Assembly (NCBI GenBank): GCA_027604505.1
Contig: JADIIX010000013.1
Coordinates: forward strand, 62,001-126,000
Direction: 5' to 3'
DNA length: 64,000 nt
Source: Gonapodya sp. JEL0774
Lineage: Eukaryota
Shown piece by piece: positions 1 to 13,797 of the stretch (positions are counted from its first letter, which is position 1; every line of letters begins with the position of its first letter). The notes beneath the pieces were generated by a model. It made no database searches, was not told the DNA's origin, and worked only from the letters and a program-made list of their open reading frames with translations. The position numbers were made by a program, and so were the translations under genes.

Positions 1-82
1 GATCAACAGGAGTGAAACTGGGTGCAGCTCTTCGGATACACCGACATGTCTCTATCACCCAAACCGTCGTAATCGGCAGTAT

Positions 83-3000
83 TTGACATGCGAACAAACC
101 CGCGCTTGCGCTGTTGTTGAAGCAGGGAAAATCAAAGTCCGGTACTGGAAAGGAGGGGAATGGGACAACCTCCAGAATCAGCAATTGCCGTGCAAAGCCA
201 GAGACCACGTGGACAATTGTCCGGAATGCAAAGAATACTGCAAAGCTAGTACGTGTCTAGCGACTCTGTTGTGTGATTGTCACACACAACTAACATCATT
301 CCTTTCGGTGAACTCAGAGCATCCAGACCACCCTAATCACTTTTACGGGTACAAGCATGAGCATCATCCCGAAAATTCACGCCACGGTTATTGCACACAT
401 TGCAAAGTGAGTGCCATAGTGAATGTTTCACACCTTCTGGCAGCTCACTTCCGCCCAGAAAAGTATAGGGAACTTGAAAGAAGGACTCGAAAGGCATGTT
501 AAGAAATGTAAGCCCCAACCTCACTCACCGTGATGGCATCATCAAGCATCTCTTGTGTATCTTCTTGCTTGCATGTTTCCTCAGGTAAAGACCTTGAATC
601 ACGTCTTAAGCAAGTCGCTGCCATACCGTCAGGTGAGTTCTTTGTGGACACGACAAAACTCGGGACGGGGTTGCAGCCGAAGAAGGTCCATATTCCCATA
701 GGTGAGATAGAAAATCTGATACCTCCAGCTTTTGAGGCTCCTCCCTTTATATCACCATCACTCGGAAATCATCAACAAAACTTTGGAGACGTGTCCGGTG
801 TGGAGCCAATGCAAGGTAAAATTACCATATTCAATATCAACAATTGCACCGAACAAGGTCTTGATAGAATGTCTTTTCCCACAGGCATTGAACGCGAGAG
901 CCTGTCTAACGTGACGCAATCACAAGGTGTAACTGATGCAGTGAATTCTTCCGGATCAACGAATCCAATGTTGCTCGTGTCAAATGGTGACTTATTTTAT
1001 GACAAGTTTTTAATTCTCGCCAATTGACCTTCGGCATTCCTGATTAGAGCCGCTGCAACAACCTGAAGAACTTATTTCGGCACCGAGTTTTGATCAGAGT
1101 AATATCAATGGTCAGTTGTTATCAGCTTTCATCGGACACATCATTGAATGCGTGCACTGAACTTCTGCCGTTCATGTTAGCAACACGTCAAATTCAATCC
1201 ATATGCCCGCCAGCAGCTCGCATCAACAGCTATCCTCAAGTGAAACTGACAATTCAATCGAACACTGGTAGGCAGAAACTCACAATGTTGAAATCATGGT
1301 TAGCTAAAGTGCCCTGCTAAAGCATTAAGTTATAACTGGAGCACCGACTACGTGTTATTCGATGATAAATTCGCGGGGGTTCAAGCGTTTCAGTCATCCG
1401 GAAAAACTCTTGAAGTTCTTGTAATTCCAATGACTTCACCAATCTCGAATACAGAGCCTGTTCGTGTCATATTGGAAGAACATGGTACTTTTGAGGGCAC
1501 ATTCTCCTGGTACGATGGTGAGTCTCAGGTTAGAAGCAAGCCTGATGTTTGCCAAGCAGTTTCCTCATTACATTATCAGATAATGTACACAAATTGTTTG
1601 AAACCTTGGTCAATTCGCATGCTGTTGAGAAGGATCACCTTCGACTTGAGAATAATTATCTGCGGACTCGAGTTTCGGAACTTGAGATGATCAATCGACG
1701 GAAGACGAATATCATCATTCGACGTGAGAATGTCATTAGCTCTATGGTCACATGAATGTTCCCCATATTTCTCCAACTCAGCCACAATGAGCCCCATGGA
1801 CTTCTCAAGACTGACATATTTATCGATGCCATCATCTGCCCTTTATAGCTTGAAGCTTGAGCACGTGCGCTCTCTGGCTCACGGTATTCGGATATTAGTA
1901 AACTTGCGGCGCTTTGTGATCCTGCCTACTAACAACCTGAGGTGAGCTACCAGTCCAATGACTAATATGCGGGGATTTATGGCACAGATGCTTGCAGGCC
2001 AAAGCAAGGGTTCTTTGTGCACATAACCTTTCTTCACCCCCAACGGGGGTTGCTGCAAGGTTATCTTCATCATAGAGGAGTCGTGACAGAGGAGGAGTCG
2101 AGTGCCCTCCGTCGCATATGGCACCACCTGAAACGTCGCTGGAGAAAGAATGCAAGTGAAGCCCACACCCGATTGATTGTCGCAGAAGGGCGTTCAACAC
2201 CACAACAACTTGGACCACTGATAGAGTCCGAAATCGAGGATAATAGAGCGGCATCAGGTCGCATCTCGACGGTAAGTGTGCGCTAAGGTAAAATGGAAAT
2301 TCAAAAAAAAAAATTGTGCAATATTGGTGATCCACCATCTGTTCCGCAGGATCCAATCGCAGTCGCCTCACGCCATTCTCCAGGACCTACGGGCCTCGGA
2401 ACCGCACGTCCTTCAAACTCCAAAGGGATTCTGGTAAGTGATGAGTCAGTTTTAGGAACTCTGACGGGATCGACTGAGATGCTCCTTGTTGGTTATATTT
2501 TGTAGGATCCCCATCTGCACCAACAAGTCTGTGACTGCGGAAAGGTTGTAACGTGCGCCGAGAACTTGGTGCGCCTGGACGAATCAAAGAAATTGATCTT
2601 TGTCAACGAGCTTGGTGAATTCAAAGAGGCGGTCACTGATGTTCCTTGCGATGTGCTGGACCACTACAGGGAATGTGAGAAGTGGAAAGTTATGGTCGAT
2701 AAATGGTGCAAGATGAGTGAGTTTGAGTATCATTTTTTTTGTCATTTCCAACTCTGCTCTGAAACTGTTGGAACCCGAAGACAACTGTGGCACGACCCAC
2801 CAAAGGCACTTGATCGGGAAGGCACATCATCATCCGATTGAATACGCAAAGCTTCGTTGTTTTCACTGCCACGTAAGAATCCCAATGCATGAATGTCTGG
2901 TTTCCTCGACTTAACCAACGTGATCTACAGGAGAACGTTGGGCCCTCCAAGGAGAGGGCAGAGAAGCACATCTTGTGGTGCAACAAAGATGCTGAAGATG

Positions 3001-3230
3001 TTGAAGATGCTGACGATGTTCAAACCCTGGTCGGTTCAAGTTTGAGCGGGGATCGCATGAGTCGTGCTACTACAGCTGGTAAGCAGAGACGAAGATCGAT
3101 CGATGTCGCAGTTCACTAACCTGCAAATAATCAGGGAGAACAGCTGGTAAGTCTCTGAGCTCCGAGAATTCAGACGCAAAAAGTAAATCGGCAAAAGGTA
3201 GATCGCCGAAACAACGATCATATGACCGGG
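83..3230 (+). other. Probable fragmented exons of one or more uncharacterised genes (Cys/His-rich segment, coiled-coil segment); possibly the 5' part of the downstream methyltransferase-like gene
   Basis: Several + strand ORF pieces (83-502 Cys/His-rich; 1549-1755 heptad-like; 2017-2286; 2566-2841; 2889-3119) with GT..AG-like boundaries. No recognisable family motif. Confidence 0.25.
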
Positions 3231-3345
3231 TGAGTCTTTACATATTCATCCTTCTCAGCATACTAGCCTCAAATCACTTCTATAGAATTTCTCGCCTTTC
3301 AAAATCTATCCCAAATCCATTGAAACGTCCTCGGGAACGTTCGTT

Positions 3346-4314
3346 TTGAGCTTGGACGATGCAAAGAACGTGAAATTGCTCATTTCGAGGAGGCAATTTT
3401 CCAAGATATTCTCGGATCCAGACCTCCTTTCCGCTTATACCATCATGTACTCACCATCTCGTGCATTCTCGTACCTGCGCATGTTTCGTGAGATCAAAAA
3501 GCTGCGGGACGTCGTTAGAACGCGATCTCCTCTTCGAGTCACGGACTTGGCTGGAGTGGCTGGCTCACCCGCTCTTCTCGCTGTTCTTTTGCTTTGCGTT
3601 GAAGAGTGCGGTCTGGAAGACCCTTCAGATGCAGAAAGCGTTGAAGAGTGCGGTCTGGAAGACCCTTCAGATGCAGAAAGCGACTCGCGAATCAAAGGCA
3701 AGACCGGTCTGCCCGTCGTCGTCCCAGAGAAAACAGTCGACGTCGTTCTGTTCAATCAGTTCGAGGAGGCGACGACTCCATGGGAGAAACGACTCGTTGG
3801 AGCGATCTGTGACTATTTCAGACGCCTTTCAAAAATTGATTTGAAGATCAGCGTCACGTGGAAGCATGGAGACCTCCTGGACGAAGATGTCTCGGATGTT
3901 ATAGGGGACGCAGACTTGACGTTGCTTGCCCACGGGGGAAAGCAGCTCATTCATCAAAGTCACGTGAGGTATGGCAACCGGGAAGAAGCCGAAGACAAAT
4001 TACGCGAGATTGTTTCACATGTGAAGTCCGAGGGGCTGTTCTTCTACGCGGACATCAGAGACACAAAAGACACAACCCCAGATGACCAAAACTTCTTGCA
4101 GTTTCTGAAAGCCCTCGACATCGTTAAATTCAAAATTCAATCGATAACGTGGGTCGGAGTGCATGAGGAACCGGAAGCTGGCTTCTATCGAGATGCACTT
4201 GGGCTCCGGGAAGACAGTCGGGAGTTTGTTCACGGTATGGCCACGCCAGAGTTCTGCTGGAGTATGGGCGGGCGGCAGCAATCCTCCGGTGGTGCCGGTC
4301 CGATCGAGAAATGA
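3346..4314 (+). CDS. Divergent Bmt6-like (Methyltransf_34) class I SAM-dependent methyltransferase domain; 5' end probably in upstream exons
   Basis: VKLLISRRQFSKIFSDPDLLSAYTIMYSPSRAFSYLRMF resembles the Bmt6 'VKxxLxxRDyxxAF...AYxxRWSPSRAxxY' block. It is followed by a degenerate motif I (RVTDLAGVAGS), GDLL, and LREIVSHVKSEGLFFYAD. Confidence 0.5.
   Translation: MSLDDAKNVKLLISRRQFSKIFSDPDLLSAYTIMYSPSRAFSYLRMFREIKKLRDVVRTRSPLRVTDLAGVAGSPALLAVLLLCVEECGLEDPSDAESVEECGLEDPSDAESDSRIKGKTGLPVVVPEKTVDVVLFNQFEEATTPWEKRLVGAICDYFRRLSKIDLKISVTWKHGDLLDEDVSDVIGDADLTLLAHGGKQLIHQSHVRYGNREEAEDKLREIVSHVKSEGLFFYADIRDTKDTTPDDQNFLQFLKALDIVKFKIQSITWVGVHEEPEAGFYRDALGLREDSREFVHGMATPEFCWSMGGRQQSSGGAGPIEK
3598..3681 (+). 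repeat. Perfect in-frame 42-bp tandem duplication (VEECGLEDPSDAES x2)
   Basis: gttgaagagtgcggtctggaagacccttcagatgcagaaagc occurs at 3598 and 3640. Confidence 0.95.
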
Positions 4315-7300
4315 GGCGGGGAACGGACAAAACCGTGGATGGTGCGTGCGTGACGGGTGGAGCGGTGACGGGCACGGACCGCATGAGCGAGGATACTGTG
4401 TGCGGACTCACTCGTGGGGTGCAGGGGTTGTTGACGAGCGCGTGCAAGTGTATTGGAAACCAGAAAACGTTCGCAATGTTTTAATAGTACTGTGTAGTCT
4501 ATGAATGCAAAGTGGTATTGTACCTTTACCTGTGTGGGACTCATGATTACCGAGGTAGATGCAGGACTGCAAGTAGAAGAGGAGCGGGTGTGTGTGCAAG
4601 GAAGGACCCGATGGGAAGAGACGGACGGGAAACAGCAGCTGGTATGTATGGAAACTTGGATGGATGGATCACCGGTACTGGGAGCGGGAGTGGGATCTGG
4701 TAGAGTGTGAGTACTTTGTCTGTTCTCACAGGCGGGTCGGCCAGTGCTGAAGGTGATCTCGCGAAAACATGCGATTTTCCAGAGCGACCATGGGACTCCT
4801 CTACGTACAAAACATTTCGGTTGCCCCCCCCCCCCCCACCCCTCGCACACACACACACACGTCATTGTTTGATCGATGTAAAGAGCGAGCAGGTCAGGGG
4901 GGCACACACCGCACACCGGTACTCCACTTAAATCAACGTGCAGACGGAAAATCAGCGAACGTTGTTGATTCGCGTGCTTTGTTGCTAGTCTTTGGGTTGA
5001 CCGCGTGTGACGCGTTGGAACTCGTTTTCTTGGAGGTCCGGAACCCTGTTGGGCAAATCGCGATGCGACAACCGAACTTCAAGGACAGAAGCACACCAGA
5101 ATTCGAGTAATAGACCATGCTACGAAATGGAATTATTATTGCTGCTTCACTTGTCCGTGGTTGGTTCTTTTACGCACACGACACGCAGACGCTGATCTAC
5201 ATATCTGGTACATGCGGTGGGTGGTCGGTGGGGTAAACTATGTTTATGTACCTGCCTGTACGGAAATCGAATTTCTCTGTTCCGTTCCAAAATAGAGAGC
5301 TTCTCCCTATAATACCACTCGCTCTTTGACAAAAAGCCCTTTTCGTCACACTCATCTTGGACGCGATTTCAAACTCATGCTGCCGGCCGGCCTCATGCCG
5401 CTTTCCCGGAGCGTCTCTGGTCTCCATGGCCCCCCGGGCCCCTCGGCGCACCCAGCCTGAATCCGCTTTTCTCGCCAAAACTGCCCGCCACTCGCCCCTC
5501 ACCGTTGACCGTCGGTGGCGTCGGCGGCGTCGCGGCGTCTCGACGTCCCCCACTCACTTGGGGGGGGCGCATCTTCCGTTTGGTATCGTCATCGGCACAT
5601 CGGCACCACCACCTCACCCCCGTGGCAAGTGGGACCGTCAGAGGTGAGGTCTCCCTGCGGCGTGCGGGTGGTGTAACTTGGGGAACGGTGGGTATACGTA
5701 AATCGAGTAGGGTGAGTTCTTGTTGCGACAGATGAAACATGACGGATTATACTGGAGACTTGACATTTTCCATCGGAATCGTAAACCTGTTTGTTGGTCC
5801 TGGAACTTTATGTGATGATGTCCGGGCTCCAGCGAACCAGCGAACAATGGTGAAACCACTGCACACCGACCGGTGACGGCTCTTGTATGGATCACCACCC
5901 ACCCACAGTGTGAACCGATTTTGTCCTTTTACGTGGAAATGTACATGCTCGACCGTCTCCGTCGTTGACCTGCGATGACTCAAGTTGTGACCCCATCGCA
6001 AGACACGAGATTCGGTGGTGAAAGGCTTGGGATTGTCGAGATGACGTTGCCCTTGTTCGGTGTAATTGGAGCCCTGGTAGTTGGAGTGTACCGAGGAGAA
6101 TTACAGATACCTCATGGCACCGACCCTGCACCAGATCCATCCCCACCAGGTGCTTGCTGAATCTTAATTGCATTTGTACTACTCAAGTGCATCCCACGAG
6201 AGAACGGGTCGAGGGGGAGGGCGCGCAATGATCAAGGGCTACAGCTACCGACGTCGGCACACAATACAGTGGGAAGCAACTAAAACCGCTCCAGCAACCA
6301 TACAATTCATCAATTCATCACTGTTGGGTGCGCATGGGCCATGACTGGTGTAGTTGTGCGTGCCTGGTAACACTGGACCGGGACCGGTGACACCAAAGTG
6401 GCAGGTGATGGTGGATGACGTCAAGTCAAGATTCAAGATCTTGTCTGTTTGCACTGGGGAAAATCCCCCCGCTAGTACCAACCCCGGGGTGACGGGGGAT
6501 CTCATGGGGTCGAGTCGGAGTGTGGGAGCGTGGGAGTGCGTAAAGTGTGGGTACGAAGGATCAAAGCGGGACATTGAGGGATTCCAATCATGGGATGTGT
6601 GATGACAAACTGACCCGTGGGGATGTGTGATTATTATGGCGCAGTGGGGAGCCATTGGGGATATGGGAAGGGGACGCAAGGGGTGCCGGAGGTCACGCGG
6701 GGTTGGGCCGTACTGGGAGACGTTGGACCTGGGGGACGGGGGACACAGAGAGGGACTGGTGGTGTATGAGATGTATTGCTGTTTGCCGTGCTGTTGATTG
6801 AGCACTTTGGGGAGTGGTTGCTCGTTCGGGGGTGCGGTGGTGAAGGTGGGAACTGGCCCGTGCATGGGTGCGCACAGTCTGGGAACACGAGGAGCGTCGC
6901 TTCGGTTCTGTGCAGCGTAGAAGTGAAAGAATGGAATGCACAGGTATACGCGTATATTGCTTTTGTTTCGTTCTACTTGTGAACTGTAAACAAACAAGGC
7001 GGGGACGAAATGACGAATGTGCCTTATAACGGAAGGGCTGCAGGACGGGTCCCTAGGTCGTGCCCAGAGACCCGTCAAGGAGACGGACCAGGGTAGGTAG
7101 GCACCGGTACCAGGGAGATGGAATGGGATGAGGCGGAGAGAGAAGTGAAGAGTTGAGAAGCGGAGGGAATTGGGGACAAAAGGACAAAACGGACGGGGAG
7201 AGGGCGCAAAGGGCGATGACGATGGAAACAAATGGAATGAGAAGGGAATGAAATGCAAAACGAGAGTAGAATTAATACAAGAATAAGATGAACGGAGCTT

Positions 7301-7651
7301 TCTTTTCTTTCTTTCTTTCTGCGATCAAGTCAGGAACGATCAGAAGAATTTCGATAGGCAGAACGTGTTTTGGCGGCGTGGCCCGGGGAGCGGAACAGCA
7401 CGTGATGGTGACGAGAAGATTGGTCATGATTGGGGGAAAGGGGGGACAGAAAAAAGGGAAGGAGAAAAAAAGGAGGAGAATATTGAGGTGAGAAAATCGA
7501 ACTCAAAAACGGGGAGAATTCGCGATTCCGGGGCAGGCGACAGAATGCGTTCGAATGCGAAAATGGGGGGGGCGCAGGTGTGGTGTCATCACGGGTTTCA
7601 GAGTGGCCAGTTCAAAGTTCAAAACTGAATGGGCTCGGACGAAATCGGCGA

Positions 7652-10600
7652 ATGCAAGAGACGCGCAATGCAGGAACAGTGGGAATGTCAAGTCTGTACA
7701 AGAGCGGCAACGTGGGAGGGGCCGGGACGGTGCGGACGAGTCACCGGCTGCCGTCGCCTGCGTTGAGTGGGAGTGAGTCACGCGGAGACTCGGACCAGGC
7801 GGACGACGAGGACCCGGAGAGCGGCGAGGACGCGCGTTGGGACGATGCGATGGAGGCAGAGACGGCGGGGAGCGGGCGGAGAGGCGGCGTTGGAGTTGGA
7901 GTTGGAGTTGGAACGGGAACAGGGACGGGAGTTGCGGGAACGGGAACGGGAACGGGAACAGGACATGCACAACGGACACCCGCAGACGCTGCATCACACG
8001 CACAGCAACTTGCAGCTCGCACTGCTCAGTCCCGTGTCTCGTTGCCCACTGCGCCCACGGACGCGGACTCTGCTCAACTCAACCTCCAAAACCATTCTCC
8101 CGCCACCCCCACGCCATCGCACTCCCCCTCTGTCACTCCCCCACTCTCTGCGTTGGCGTCGCCCCCGTCGTCTCCCCGCATTCGCGCCTTCTCCGCTCCC
8201 GCACCGCGCTCGCCTGCTCCCTCGCTCTTCCCCGCTCATCAACCAGCGAACCCGCTCCCCATCCCTTCCCCACCCTCGCCTCTGCCCCTCTCCTCCTCCT
8301 CCCTAAACAGACGCGTCCGCTCCGTCTCCGCCACCTCCGCCCTCGCCCCGCTCCCCCTCCCCTCCTTCTCCCTCGCATCCTTCTCCCCGCCCTCCCACTC
8401 CTCCTCCCTCGCATCTTCCCCCGCTCCTTCTCCGCCTCAAACCCTCGTCTACGCCCTCATCAGCTCCTCCCGCCGTCCACAGCTCCCCTCCCCAGCCTCC
8501 GCAGCCGCCTCCCGCGTCCTCTCCTTCTCCCCAGACGCTCCAGCCACAGCCACCGCAGCCTCGGTCGCCTCCTCGTCCTCTCCGGCCCGCTCCATCCGCT
8601 CGGTGAGATCAATAGACTCGACTCCCCCGCGAGACCGAGACCGCGACCGCGACATGCGCACGGCCTCGGCCGAACCACCTGTCGGTCCTACCACAACCGA
8701 GTTCGATTTTGCGCAGGGGGCCGCATCAGCTTTCACGGGCGGTGTGGCTGCAGAGTCGCCGCCGTCCAAGTATCCAGATGAAGGGAAAGGTGGCGGTGAT
8801 CACGGACGAAACGAGTTGGAGTACGAGTACGAGTACGGACACGGACGTGCACGGGGTCGTGGACGGGGTACGGTGTCGGACCCATCCGAATCCGCCCACC
8901 CACCACAACCTCGCTCTTCCAACCCGCCAACCGACCCTCCGCCCCCCTCGTCCACGTCCAACTCCACCACCCCCACATCGTCTTCCCCTCCGTCCTCCTC
9001 CTCTTTCCACCAGTTCTCCCACCCGTCGGCATACACCTCGTACAGCCCGGGTGTCCCCAGATGGCCCGGCTCCCCCCCGCAATACGTCTCCGCCCTGCCC
9101 CGCAACTCCCCGCCACCTCCACCTCCGACCACTCCGCCTTGCCACTCTTCACCACCGCGGGGTGGTCATACCACCCCCGCCACGCCAGTCGGCACCGGCG
9201 CCACGGGCACGCGAAAGCCCCACCCGCAACCCCGCACCATCTCCCCGACACCCTCCCGATCCCGCAGCCCCACCTCGTCCATCGACGAGGAAGCGCCGTA
9301 CCCGCTCTTCTCAATGTCGGCGGCTCATGACCCCTTTGCCTCCTCGGCATCGTCCGCGCCCCTCGCATTCCCCACACCCCACACGCGCACACCAACGTTC
9401 CCTCCTCACCCTGTTCTCATCGTGCCACACCCCTCATCCAACTCCACAACCACAACCACGTCCACACCCCCCCTCGCCCCGCCCACCATCCCACCCCCGC
9501 ACTCGCCCACCACCACGTCCCGTTCCGTCCCCCTCCACCACCCCTCGCCCACCCGCCACCACCACCGGTCCACATCCGCGACTGCCACCGCCGTGTCGGC
9601 GGTCGCGGGGTCCGCGTCGGCGTCGGCGTCCGCGGCGTCGGCCGGTGCTCCTGCTTGGGTTGGGGGGGCCACGAACGTGCCCGTGACAGTGAGGCTGGTT
9701 GTGGACTCGGACGAGGAGGACGGCGTGGGTGGAGGTCCACAGGCGGGGAAGAGGGCGGGGGCGGGGGCGGATGAAAAGAGGGAGCGGGGTGGGGACGGGG
9801 GGGAGAAGGGTGGCGATGGGAACGGGGAAGAGGACGGGGACGGGGACGGGGACGGAGAGGCAGAGGGAGACGGAGGCTTGTTCGTGGCTGCAGGTGGGCG
9901 GCGGTCCGGCACGAACGCCGTCTCGACATCGACATCGACCTCGACCGGCACCGCCACCGCCACCGGGACTCCTGCCGGCCCCGGCATCTCCTCCGTTCCA
10001 CCACCCACACTCGTACTCGGAGCACCACCCGTCTCGACCTCCACCTCCGCTCCACCAACCACAACCCCATCTCCATCTCCCCCGACACCGGGGTCCGTGT
10101 CCGTGTCCGTCGTGTACCGCGACGATTCCGCGTCTCGCGATATGTTCGCACCCGAGATGCCGGCCGGCCGGGGACGGCGGAGTAGGTCGCCCGGGGGGCC
10201 CGACTGGGTCGGAACCGGAACTGCCGGTGGAGCGAGGGTGAAGCACTATGGCGGTATGGGTATGGGGAACGGGCAACTGCATGGGAGTGGAACGGCCACC
10301 ACGGCCAACGGACACGCGCAAGGACGTGAAAACGGCACCGTACCGCCGCCGGCCACGTCGCCGTCGCAGGGTGCGGGTGCGGCGGTCGGTGTGGGCGGTA
10401 TGAAACGAGTGCAGTCCGTGTCGGTGTTGCCGTCTGCCACGGCGGTGGGGGAGGACGGCAGTCTCTACGGCGCTGGGGACTCGAGGCGGAGAGAGTCGAG
10501 GCCGTTGGCGCCACTGGTACCCGTGGCGTATCCTGGCTTGCCCGTACCGACACCTGCTCGTGCGCCGTCCCTGTCCCCGTCCCGCCGCCAACCACATGAA

Positions 10601-13600
10601 GTGGCTCCATCGGTCGTGTCCTTGGAACACACCAGACCGCACTCCTCGCCCGAGTTGTTGTCGGACGAACCTCCCTCGTCCCTTACCCTCCCCCTCCCAC
10701 ATACCTCGGCGTCCACGCCCGCCTCACCCGCACTGGGCCACCGATCATCCGCACCGGTATCCTTACCCTCGCCAGGTCTCGGGCTCTCCCTTGGCCTGCG
10801 CAGGTCGCCGTCGTCCCCTTCCTCCCCGCGATTCAACCCGCCCGTCTTGCCACCACCCGGCACGCCCACGACCAACCCGCGGGGGCGCAGGGGACCGCGG
10901 ATGCTGTCGCTCTCCTCGGTCGATGGGGGGTCGCCCGGATCTTCGAATGGGTATGGGTACGGGTATTATGACGAGGAAGGGTTTGGAGGGTATGCGAGTA
11001 GTGTGTTGGATGTGGTGCCCAGGACAAAGGGGGGAAAGTTGGTCAGGCCTGTGCTGAGGAGTGGGAGGAAGATTGGCAATGTGGGTGTTTGAACGTGGTG
11101 CGGATGTGCTCTGGAGAGTGCACGGGCTGATGAATGTGATGTGATTGGTTCCTTTCCCGAAACACACCCACACGCGCCAACACATAGGCCTCCCACGCCA
11201 AGAAATCCGTCCTGTTTGAGAACCAAGAGCTCGGCAAAGTCGTCCTCTTTGAGAAATCCGACATCCCAAACACTATCCCGACGAACCCCAAGTACACCAT
11301 GGTGGACCCCGAACTCAAATCCGCGATGCCGGGCTTCAAGTTCGATATCGTGCTCAAAAAGGGGCTTGAGGAGGGTAAGGACAAGGCCAAGGCTGTCGCG
11401 GTGAATGTGTCGGGTGGAGGTGGGAAGGGGAGCAAAACACCATCGTCGTCGTCGTCATCTGTAGCGGCCTCGTATATCGCGCCACCGACAGAGTCGTCGG
11501 CAATCTTTGCCCATATGGTGCATTTGCATAGTTTGAAAGTGGTGGATGATAAGATTGTCAGTGGCGAAGCGTTGGTGAGGAATGTGGCGTATGAGAAGCA
11601 GGTGGGGATACGGTACACGTTGGATTTTTGGACGGTGAGTTTGGTTGGAGAAAGAAAATGGGAAATTTTTTGTGTGTTGGTCGTCCTCCACCAGGAATTC
11701 GTTGACGACGAGGTGCAATTGTTCCCTTTCTATTCTTCATCTAGTCGTATACGGATCTCCCATGCGAGTACAAAACGTTCCACGAAACCATCGCGGGGTA
11801 CGACGTCTTTGGATTCCACCTCGACCTGCGGGAGCTTTTCTTCTCCGTCTTTGAGCGACAACACCTCTCCCTCTCCTCCACATTTGCCCCTTCGGCACAC
11901 GTGTCGTCGCCCATGGCTCGCTCCATGTCGGGCTCCAATTTGTCCTTGATTGCTCCGGGGGGTTCACCGTCTGGGGTGACGTCCAGTGGGGGCATGTGGT
12001 CGTACTTGGCGACCAAGGGGCTCACAAAGGCTCTCCGCGAAAGTGTTGGGAAGCAGCAGAAATTGACGTTGTCCTTCGCGGTGTACTATAAGTCGGCGGG
12101 GGGTGAGTGGTGGGACAATAACGGAGGAGAGGTGAGTCTATGTATGGAAACGCCAAAATTTTCCACATCAGGGTTGTGATACCGGGATTTCTTGCCTTGT
12201 GCCAAACAAACCTCCAGGGCAACAATTATGAAGTCGAGCTCATCCGAACCCCTACCCCTCAAACCCTCGCATATCTTACAAACCTACCTTCAAATCCTCC
12301 CCCCTTCGTCATTGCGGATGCAAAAGGTCCCGCGAGTACATCGAGACTGGCTACGTCCGATGGACCCCCCACCTTCATCACATCTTCGGGAGGTTCTAGT
12401 TCCACCTCACCTATCGGTACCACAGCCCTAGGCTTGCATTTCAAAACCGGACGCACCGCACTGCAGCCCGCCTTCACTTTCCCACCAGCTGTACAGCAGT
12501 CGAAGCAGCCTTATCTGAATCACATGCCACCCACGATATCTCCGCTTTGGATCAACCCCAATGCGGTGGCAGCAGCAGTTGCAGCCAGCGCGGGAGGAAA
12601 CGTCTCCGTGCCACCACCACCTCCGATGCCGAAGTGGGGTAGCTGGGCATCTGACGATGTGGAGAGTGGGGAAGATGCGTCAGGATGGGAGTATGCCGAT
12701 GAGGACGTCAGTGAGAGTGGGATGTCAGACTACACGGTAAGAAGGTCGGTACATGTGGACCGGGTCGGTGTGGCAGGTGGAATTCCCGGAACGCAGTTTG
12801 TGGTATTTGACGATGGGGACGCTGGTGCTGGAAAGTCGCCGAAGCAATATGTCTACACATCAATATTCTTGGACGCCGGGAACGAGTACGGTGCGGCAGA
12901 TGGAGATAAGGACAGCGATGGCGACCCGACACATGCCTCTTACGAGGAGAGTTCCCTGGATCACGTCCTATCGGGCGAGTCGTCGGAAGTATCGACAGTC
13001 TCCTCGACGACACCGCATTCAACTCCGGAGAACAGTCCCGTGAGGTCGCTGATGTCAGAGGGCCATTCAAGACCAAGCTCACAGACAAGAATGCCCACGA
13101 AGTGGGTTTCTCAGACCATGGCGGCGAGGAGGTTTTCGCCCGAACGGGGACTTCCCCCTGGCGGGCTGGGAGGGGATCCTTTGAACAATGGCGGAGGTGG
13201 TCCCATTCGCATCGGTCGGGCATCGTCAGCACCCCCTCCCGCCTCGTTCTACGACGTTTTCTTTCCCACACCGACCTCGCCTGTTGCCAGTAGGAATAAG
13301 CGGGTTCCGCAGTTCATTGTTGTAGACGGACACAGGATCACTTCGGCATTCTCTGACGGAAGTCCGACATCGCCCGAAGCGGACCAACCGGATCCAGACA
13401 TTTCGCTCGGAGAGCAAGTTCCTTCCCCGTCAAACTTATCATCGGGACTTGCCTCGGTGCGTGCACGCCGGCCAAGAACGAGAAGCTGGGACGCGACAAC
13501 CTCAAGGGTACTGCAACAAGAAGGGAAAGTGAATGGTGTTTTGGACACGGATGGAGCCAAGGCATTGCTGAGGCGAAGTGGCAGCTGGGAGGAGAGGACG

Positions 13601-13618
13601 GAACTTACACACCGATGA
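7652..13618 (+). CDS. PP1 glycogen-targeting regulatory subunit (Gac1/Pig/PPP1R3-like) with CBM21 domain and very long Pro/Ser-rich disordered N-terminus
   Basis: After an intron (~11081-11187) there is an RVxF-type motif KKSVLF. CBM21 motifs follow: GEALVRNVAYEKQVGIRYTLDFW, YDVFGFHLD, FAVYYKSAGGEWWDNNGG..NYEV. Further introns at ~11635-11744 and ~12132-12217. Confidence 0.85.
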
Positions 13619-13797
13619 TATATTCGATGTAAATTGATTCAGCGAACGCATTTTCAGTGCATTGGGAGTATTTTCTCCTTGTAATTGCCTCATCGGAGTC
13701 TGTTCCATGGAATTACATAGTTTCTAACAATGAATGACATGTGTGGTCCTCCCGATTCCTGTAGCGACATTGTTGATACAGTTCTCCTTGCCAATTC

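Noticed and set aside
83..502. Cys/His-rich ORF as a transposase zinc finger
   Set aside because: No DDE, RT, integrase or tyrosine-recombinase motifs and no terminal repeats were found nearby.
4823..4860. Poly-C and (AC)n tract as a regulatory element
   Set aside because: An ordinary microsatellite/homopolymer with no supporting context.
5750..7258. Minus-strand ORFs (6245-7258, 5747-6001) as genes; faint kelch-like 'LDLTSS..GPGP' segment
   Set aside because: Composition is driven by purine/pyrimidine-skewed low-complexity DNA. No convincing motif series or splice model was found.
7741..11269. Many long overlapping/antisense ORFs (e.g. 9434-10702, 9417-10610, 7837-8781)
   Set aside because: These are shadow frames of a GC-rich, low-complexity Pro/Ser coding exon, with no domain motifs.
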